Assembly (NCBI RefSeq): GCF_009914755.1
Contig: NC_060947.1
Source of the DNA: the human T2T-CHM13v2.0 reference genome, Homo sapiens
Strand: one strand, 5' to 3'
Length of the DNA stretch: 64,000 nt
Shown: positions 53,743 to 64,000 of the stretch, piece by piece
Layout of the letters: every line of letters begins with the position of its first letter
Numbering within the stretch: the stretch's first letter is position 1
Notes under the pieces: model-generated
What the model saw: only the letters and a program-made list of their open reading frames with translations
What the model was told of the DNA's origin: nothing
The model's database searches: none
Translations under genes and position numbers: made by a program

Positions 53743-54110
53743 AAAACTGGGTGATGGATTACTTGAATCTGAAAAAAAATAAAGATTGTTCTACCAATAG
53801 ACAACTGTTGTCAAAATTATGAACTTTTATAGAATGCATTTTGGTTCTGAAGCATAAGACAAATCATTTGTACTAAAACCAGGAATGGTATGAATGGAGA
53901 AGTCTTTGCTAAACAGTAATTCTTAAAAAATAATCCTTTCTGCGTCTAATAATATCAGATATAGGGCTTCAACTTGGTGAGATCTTTAATAACCTCAGAT
54001 TTGGTATAAATGGAAAGTAATTGTCTTGACTTGTTGGAAAAACTCCCAAGTCAGATTTTCGGCTTCATCCTGGTACTTGCTATAAAAAAACCCCATACAT
54101 TAAAAAATCT

Positions 54111-54323
54111 CATCCCGGGCAACATAGGGAGACCCCACCTCTACCAAAATTTTTAAAATTATCTGAGCATGGTAGCACATACCTGTGGCCCCAGCTACTC
54201 AGGAGGCTGAGGTGGGAGGATCACTTGAGCCTGTGAGGTTGAGGCTGCAGTGAGTTATGATTATGCCACTGTGCTCCAGCCTGGGCAACAGAGTGAAACT
54301 GTCTCAAAAAAAAAAAAAAAAAA
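54111..54323 (+). mobile_element. 5'-truncated AluJ
   Basis: gggcaacatagggagacccc...gaggtgggaggatcacttgagcc...long A-tail. Confidence 0.9.
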
Positions 54324-54408
54324 TCCCATGGGAGAGTGAACAATAAAAATCCACAAGTGACAGTAAACGTGGTGCATGTAAGAGCAATTTGTTCATCAGA
54401 GCGAGCTG

Positions 54409-54925
54409 TTGTAGTTTGGGTTCTCTGGAAGAGACCCTCAAACAAGGATTCCTGTACACATGATAAAAGGAAGTGTTTCTGGGGGTGATTAACAGGGAAA
54501 TGGGAGAAGAAAGGAAGAGGAGGAGAGGATGCTACACAAGCTTGCAATCTTAACAAAACTTCCTGAAAGTTAGCTTCAGTCTGATCCTGCAGGAGAGCCC
54601 TGGAGTGTAAATTATGTTCCAGATTTTGCCTCAACTTGGAGGAAAGGAGGTAGGCTTTCATACTCCAGCATCCTATCAACCATTTTGCAGGCCTGTCAGG
54701 GAGCAGGGCAGTTGGTGGGTAACATCAATCCTAGATGTTTCTGGCTCTTCACAGTTGCCTGTGGGGATGCAAATCCAGTTGCCTGTGGGGCATCCTCTAA
54801 AGAGAGCCAGAGGTACAGGTGTTAGAAACAAAGGCACACAGAAACCAGAGAAAGTATCCACTGAAATGGCAAAAGGGATCAGAAGGTATCTGGGTGGAGC
54901 ACTGAGAGTGTCCTCAACACATGTC
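54409..54925 (-). mobile_element. Old ERVL-type solo LTR (LTR16/LTR41-like); a related copy lies at ~61850-62335
   Basis: gtagtttgggttctctggaagagaccct..aacaaggattc. The motifs gtgtaaattat and ctgagagtgtcc are shared with the 61.9-62.3 kb copy. Confidence 0.5.
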
Positions 54926-57900
54926 AACTAGACTAATATGAAGTTTTATGATGAGGAAAGACTAAGCTTCCCCAACATATTTTTACTGTTCCCTGGTTTC
55001 CTTCCACAAGTAAAAGGTAACCATAAAGCTATAGAGGATTTTGAAGCAATCAGTATCAGCTCAGTAACAGCTGATATACTATTTTGATGCTGCTTAAACT
55101 CCAAGTTATATTAACATCTTTCCCCATTCTAAGAAACTTGCTGTGTTCAGAGCTAAGCTATCACTATCAAGCTCAAATACTTTTTGATTTCAGCAATCTT
55201 ACTTTGCCAAAGATGGCACCATCTGTCATGACAGAAAACCAAGGACATCCCTTTCACTGACCCTCCAATTGCCTAATGTTACCAGCATAGGCTCCTTTGC
55301 CTGGCTTCTGAGGTCTTCTGTAATCTGACTCCACTTTACCTTGTCCAAATTTGTACTTTCTTACCTTCCTCCTCTTGCCTGGTTGACTCTCAACTGTCCA
55401 CATTGCATAACATGCTCACACCTGCTTTGTTCCTTTATCCTTGCAGTTTCTGCTACCTGGATTACCCCTTCACTCTTTTTCACTTGTGCAAATTTCATTC
55501 ACTGTTCAGAGTTCAGCCCTAGTTACTCCTTCCTGATCACCCCTTTCTGGACAACTTCAGGCCTCATTGCAGTCCTTCTTCTTTAAACTTGTATGGGTAT
55601 TTATCACTGGAGCATTTTGCATGCCTTTATATTGGCTTTATCTATTTACTATGCAAGTGTTCCGTGAGTTATGCTCACCTTCAGTGTTACAGTTTGGCCC
55701 AGTTCAGTTGTTTTCAGCCCTGGCTACATTTTTGGAAAAGTTTAAAAAATGCTGACGCCTGGATTCCACCAAAACCAATTGTATTATACCTCTGGAGGTA
55801 AGGCCCTGCATATCATTTTTTTTAAGAACCCACTAATGTACCATGAGAGTTGAGAATTTGATCTGAGATACAACTGAATAAAATCACTGTTGTAAGTAAT
55901 CACCCCTAGAAGACAAACAGATTCTTATATTGTGACAATGGGAAAAATCCAACACTGGAAAGAGAAACTCATTAGCATAAAATGTCACTTCTGGTTACAG
56001 GATTTCCTAGTGAAGGTGACTAAATTTTGCTCAGGGTTCACGGGATGCCAAGATCAGCTAAGCCCTCGAAGAGAGCAGCATTCTAAACCATTTTACAACC
56101 ATCCTACTACAAGCCCTGCAGGCATTGACACACAATCCTTAGCTAAACAAAACAACAAAAAATGAGAAGGAAATACCCATCTACTTCCACAACTTTCAGA
56201 TTCCTGTGTTTGGCCTTCTAAGCATCGTTTTTACTAGCAATAACTCACGGTGGTACTATAGACCTGATTTTCATCAGGTTCCCTGGAATAAATCTCTCTG
56301 GGTATCTCAAGCAGAAAGAAATGTAACGCAGATAATTAGTTATTTACCAAACTATTGGAAAAATTTGAGATATCAAAATAAGAGGCCTCCTTTAGGCTGA
56401 CTTCAAGGTCATCTACCAATTTGACTGTCATGCAGAGACCAGGCAACTACTACAGGGATTGTGAAATCCATGCAGCATCATCCTGTTGGGCCAGACTTTT
56501 ATGCCCAAAGGACCATAGAAGACAATGGCCTCTAACTCCCTCCTGCTTTTCATATTGCCTATGAGTGTATGTAGTTGGCAGAACCTATATCACATCTGGA
56601 ATTGTAGTGTCAAGGGAGTTTGGTAAATGTAGCTTTTAGATTTCCAGTCTTTTAGGTACTGTGGGTCGATAAAGATACTGAATGCCAAAAGACAGTATCC
56701 TGCATACATTCCTCAGCAACTGTAGAGCTGTTGCTGAAAAATAATAATGTTTCACGTCAATGGTGTTGCCTTGTGTCTGGGTTACAAAGATGAAAAAGAC
56801 TTGGGTCTTGAAATGGTAAGTTCTTTTATAGCTAATACTTATATCTCAGGTTCCATCTGTGTCCTATAGCTCCTTGGAGGGTTTGCCTTGTTATGCCAAT
56901 CACTCCCTAAGCCTTTCTTAAATTAGATGGACTCATGCCAGTAGTGCGTGCTTGGGATCATCACTTAACCTTCCTGAGCAAGTAAAATTGATGCATGAAA
57001 AGTTGGTATCCCTTTGGCAGCAGTTAAGCACTGCTTTTCCAAAGACAACTCAAAGGGTAGGACAAATCTTAAACACATAAATTGTTCGATACAAGGAGCT
57101 TTGAAAGTTTCCGGTTCTTAGTACATATGGAACACTTAGATTTTTAAGGTTTTTTTAATTGTTTTAGACAAAAACAGTGGGAAAAATGACAGTTTGAAAT
57201 GTCAGTGCTAATATATAATAATATATCCTGAGAAGTTAAGATTGGCCTTTATCTTGCTTGTCTGTTCAGGCTGAAATTTAAACATCCATGGAAAATTTCT
57301 AATTAAGGGAGCTGTATAATTTGGGGTAAATTAATAACTTCTGTAAGCCTCAATCTCCTCAAGTGTGAAGTAGGGAACATCACACATTTGTTAGAATTAA
57401 ATAAGGAAATGCCTCTCAAATTTCTTCATTAATGTTCCCCTAATGGCAGAGAAAGTGTAAGTGTACCTATAGAAAGTTCAAATCTTTTTTGAAGACTTTT
57501 GTTTCACCATAAGCTTTTAAATGAATTCTACATTCAAATCCACATTATATTCATGACAGTTTTATTATAGAAATATCTTAGAAGATTTTTAATAATGTGA
57601 AATTGACATTGTTAAGAGAATATGCCAGTTTTATCCTATGACTTCCAGTATGTTCTAGCATGCTCTTCTGAAAACCAAGGCTATAATTGAAAGGTTTGCC
57701 AGTAAGTTCATATAGGAGACCCCTAATAACTCTTAGATGAAATTTGAAGAAGTTTTTAGACATAAGGAATTTATAGTATAAACATGGAAGAGTAGGTAGC
57801 ACTTTTGAGCTTCTGAGGGTAATTGTTTCTGTCTTGATTTTACAACTCTTCAAAATAATTTCATTCTTTTGGATATGTTGAGATGTGCCTCTTTCCTTTC

Positions 57901-59929
57901 CTTGTCCCATCCATTTACAGATTCTGAAAATTCTGACGTCTGCTCTGTCTAGCTACTTAATCAGTCCAGACTTAGACTACCTTTATGCCTTTATATAATA
58001 TATATGGACTGTAGCCCAAATGCCCAAGTACCACAAAGGTATGCAAATTATCTCCTCCCTGCCCCGCCACCATACTGCCAACCAGCATCAGAATGGAGCT
58101 TCCTCTCTGTTTCCCTGAATGCATTCCATATTCTCCACTGGGTCAGGAGAACTTTCCTAATTAATAAGCTCTTCTACTGGGATGCATCATGGGAGCACAA
58201 AAACAAATTTAATTTCCCTTGCAAATGTGCTGGTCCTGTTCTGCTCTCCATGTGCTGACTAGCCAGATGCATAGGGTCTGTATATTTATCAGTCTCCAGT
58301 AAACACCTACTTAGAGTTTCTCAGTCTGTTAATCTTTCCCCTCCTAGATGCCTTTTGTTTCACCTACCATCTCTTCCCCCCTTTTTTTCCAACCAAGGTG
58401 TTCTAAGATTAGACATATATTTCTATTTTAGCATTGACCACATCATATTGGTGATTGTTATGTACTGTCTATCTCCATTGCTGGCCTGTGAACTTCATGA
58501 GGGAAGCCCTGTCTTAGTGATTATGGCATCTCCAGTGCCTGCAAAATATGGGTGACTAAATGTTGATTTAGGGAATGAATGAATAAGTAGCAGCCCAGAT
58601 CATAAATAGAAGCACAATTCAAATAGCTGAAATGCATTAGTACCATCGAATGTGTTTTCCTTCCTTGTGAAATCCTTGTGAAAAACAACATGAAGAACCG
58701 AAAGAAATCTTTACATGAAGGTACTTCATTTGCAAATGAAACATATATAGGGCATTGGCCTAATAACTTAAATCTGCTTTCCTGGGAGGGCTATTTCTGA
58801 GTCAAACACATTAGGAAGATGACCACACTCACCTCCCTCCCCAATTCTTGTTAGAAATATTACGGAAATTAGAGTCTGCATGCCTGAAAGTCAGTAACGT
58901 GTAGCTTGAGTTTGTGAATTGGCATTGTGTCTATGCTGTCAGTTAATTATTTTGAAGTTAGTAGATTAATTAATGGTTAATGATTATGAGTGAATGATGC
59001 ACAAGCCTCTTTTTCCAATATTAAATTTAATAATTAATAATTTCATATTATTTATGAGTCAAAGGCAGTCTTATGGAACCTCCTTTCTCAAGAAAATGTA
59101 AAACAATTCCATTTTTAATTTAGCACTGAGATTGCTCTTTCTTTGTCATAGTAATTATGGGCTTTTCTGCCAGGGTCCCATTTTTGCTTCTACTTTACAA
59201 CATGGTCATGGCTGAATAGCTTTAATCAGGCACCAATTAGTCCCAACTCTATAACTCATTTAGGCTGGGTCTTTGGTGGTTGTGCTTTCTCCTTTCAAAC
59301 TGGGAGGGAAATATTAGAAAAGTAAGAGCAAACGATCTCAATCCCTGTTGAATAATTTGTAAAGAGATATTTCTGTAACCTGCCCAATAAACTGGTTATC
59401 ATATTAAACTCATTTTTAGCAGCTTATATTCACTTAAGCATTGCACCAGATGGTGGCTGTCAAAATGTTTCTTATAATTAGCATCAGTAAACTTCTCTCG
59501 GGCCTTTGAAATTCATTGCAAATCACATGTTGTCTATAATCATAAGATTGGAAATGTTATTAATATCCTGCTCAGTATTTTGCTACAGTAGTTTTTGTAA
59601 AACTGCATGGATCAATAGAGCCAACTTTTCTGTACTGTGCTGTCTCAAAGGCAGTTAAGTGGTAAATGTATCTATATCTAGATGTACAAATTGATTTGAT
59701 CATTTTCATAGGGTTCAGTAATCAACTCTCAAAAATAAAGACCAGCCAAACCATTTATTTAGTTGAGCCTACAAATGTTCTGTTAATATTAACATATCTA
59801 GCAAAATAACCATTTTGAATCACATCATATTCCACTGAACTTGGTGTCTCAGTTATTGAATTAGTCAGATCTCTTTTGGTTGAAAATGACAGAACCCCTA
59901 CTTGAACTTGTTTATGAAGAGGAAACGGG

Positions 59930-61803
<1,874 letters not shown>

Positions 61804-63509
61804 AAAATTAAAGACATGGCACTGGGAATCTTAGTAACCAAACTTCTGAGGTGTACTGAAGGGTCCCAGGGATTATTAAGGACAGAAACTTGCTTGAAGA
61901 GCATCTAAGTTTGTGTTTTTAGTGCTCCTTAGAGAAACAAGTAAGGGAGCATGAGAAGCATGACAGAAAAGGGTACGAAGCCAAGCAAGAGGCTGTTCCA
62001 AGCCAAGTCTCAGCGTCAACCAAATCCTACAAGGGAGTTCTGAAGTGTAAATTATAACTCAGAGTTTGCTCCAACCAGAGGCAAGGGAGTTTGGTTTTCA
62101 TACACCTGCACCAGTTAGTTAAACCCCACTCTCACCTGGGGAAACATAACCCCCAAGCACTTCTCTCTCCACCTATCAGGGCAAAGAGCTCTAGTAGCCC
62201 CAAAGATGACATCCTAAAAGAATCACAGGTATGGACCATTAGAGACAAAGCACACAGAAGCTGGGGAAGGAGTACGCAGGATGATTAAAGGGATTATCAG
62301 AGGGCTCATGGTGGGATGCTGAGAGTGTCCATGACAAACCCTATTTAAATTATTTTTTGACCTTTTCTCTGCCTGTTGTCTTTACCTTTTCCCCAAAATA
62401 CTAGCTTCCTCCATGAGCCAGGGAACATGGTTGTCAATTACTCTTAAGTATCACATCCTGCAGGTTTCACCACCAAATTGGAAGCTTTGTACTCAGTGCC
62501 AGTTAGGAAAGTCATGAGGAAAGAAGAACTTGTATTGGCCTGGCTTGAATACAGTGCTCACTTTTGAACCAATCTAGCCTTGGGGACAGGGTGATATAAA
62601 AACATGGTGGCCCTACAAGAGCTACATTTGAAGTAAAGTAAGAAGCAGTTTCTAAAAGAAGAAGGGCTGTGATATTGCTAGAAGAAGGTAGATATGCTGA
62701 TGAGACTAAAAAGAAACCAAACCCACTTGGTTGGAGAATGGGGTTGTCATGGTGAGAGTTACGTGTTCAGTCCTTATAGGACTTGTCAGTGCTCTACATA
62801 GAGAACCTAGTTAAGATTGCATCCTTACTATAAGTGGGTCTGCAGGTGCCAGTTTCTGGTCACAAAAAAAATATGCATATGAAAGAAGAAATTGCATATT
62901 ATTTGCAGAAAAAATCTCAAATGGACACCCTGTTGGGGTACATACAAACATGAATTCAGTCTTCATTAATTTAGTCTATTGGATCCTTATGCATGGATTT
63001 CCTTGTTAAATACAAAAGGGATTTTCAATGTAGGAAATATACAGCTGGAGGGGGACTGGACCATTTAGATTACCTCAATTTATTCTCTTAGCCTGAGTTT
63101 TCTTTGTGAGGCTACAGATGCTTAATAACTGTTTAATCCAACTAGAGGCTCTTCTCTCTAGTATCTTAGAGGTGAGATACCTACATTTATTTCTTCAGTT
63201 TAAAGAGATGCTGTCTTTGCTCATTTAACACCACTTTCAACCTATGTCTCTGCTTCTGTTTATCAAGAATTTTTAGTGTAACATGCTCTGATATTAACAT
63301 AGTCTTGCATGAATATTGCAATGTGCAGAGGGACAGTGTTGTTATCACGTATCAGCAGTTGGTGTTTATTGGTGATAAATGAGTTTCGTTCCCATTGAGA
63401 GCAATATCCCTGGTTTTTACTCTATTATCTAGGTAGAGATGAAAGATATAATATATCCTTAAAGCGGTATTCATACAGTTATCCAGTTAATGAGGCATTA
63501 AGGGAAGGG

Positions 63510-63675
63510 GTTGTGGAGAGACACACACACAGAAGGGGGAAGAGCGGCGGAGAGAGACACACACAAAGAGAGACACTCAGGTACAGAGACACACAGAGAC
63601 AGAGAGGAAAGGAGAGACATGTAGAGAGGCAGAGAGAGAGAAGCAAGGAAAGAGAGAACACAAAAGAGAAGCAGA
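63510..63675. repeat. (GA)/(CA) compound low-complexity repeat
   Basis: gagagacacacacacag-type units. Confidence 0.85.
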
Positions 63676-64000
63676 ATCTGAAAATACTGTGAATCCTGTG
63701 CAGTATATCTCCAGGGTTTTGCTGTCCTATAATTTGTAAGAAAATATTATCAGACTGGGTAAAGTGGTGAATCATTAGTATTTATGATGAACAAATTTCC
63801 AAGATTGTATTTCATGGTAAGCTGGGTGCTTCTTTTGCTGTTTGGAGTTAGTCTCCCTAGTGCTGACAGCAGAGGCTTAATTCAATGAGTAAATTCATAC
63901 CTACATGTTGGCGGAGGCACCACTTTGTTTACCTCTGTCGAACATTGAATCAAGGGAGTTAAGTGGAAACAGTTCATCGGCCCGGGCATTCGGATCCACT

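Noticed and set aside
58900-59700. Homeodomain-like (taatta) and AP-1 (tgagtca) motifs suggesting an enhancer
   Set aside because: Such motifs are common in AT-rich DNA; cannot be supported without conservation or chromatin data
63479-63775. 98-aa ORF rich in S, L and C
   Set aside because: Translation of the GA/CA repeat

Overview
Primate, almost certainly human, intergenic DNA that is AT-rich and very rich in L1. The only gene-like unit is an intronless, full-length UBE2E3 retrocopy at ~60.1-61.8 kb. It matches what I recall as UBE2E4P on Xp22; this comes from memory, not a database search. Its 207-codon ORF is still intact and extends in frame upstream. The remainder is layered transposon sequence. 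An ~11.8-kb nested L1 cluster (13.3-25.1 kb) has an old L1PA15/16-like host carrying five younger L1PA insertions. These show a twin-priming inversion, a short 3' transduction and a ~2.9-kb host deletion; the full-length one also carries a ~340-bp-arm inverted duplication and an open ORF0. An L1PA8-like element carries a piggyBac MITE (MER85) and a half mariner MITE (MADE1). An L1MB-like element bracketed by a candidate target-site duplication (TSD) lacks ORF2. There are also Alus, MaLR/ERVL LTRs, MERs, MIR/L2 and simple repeats. I see no rRNA, tRNA or CRISPR, and no convincing new multi-gene system. Subfamily names come from recalled consensus motifs and are approximate.
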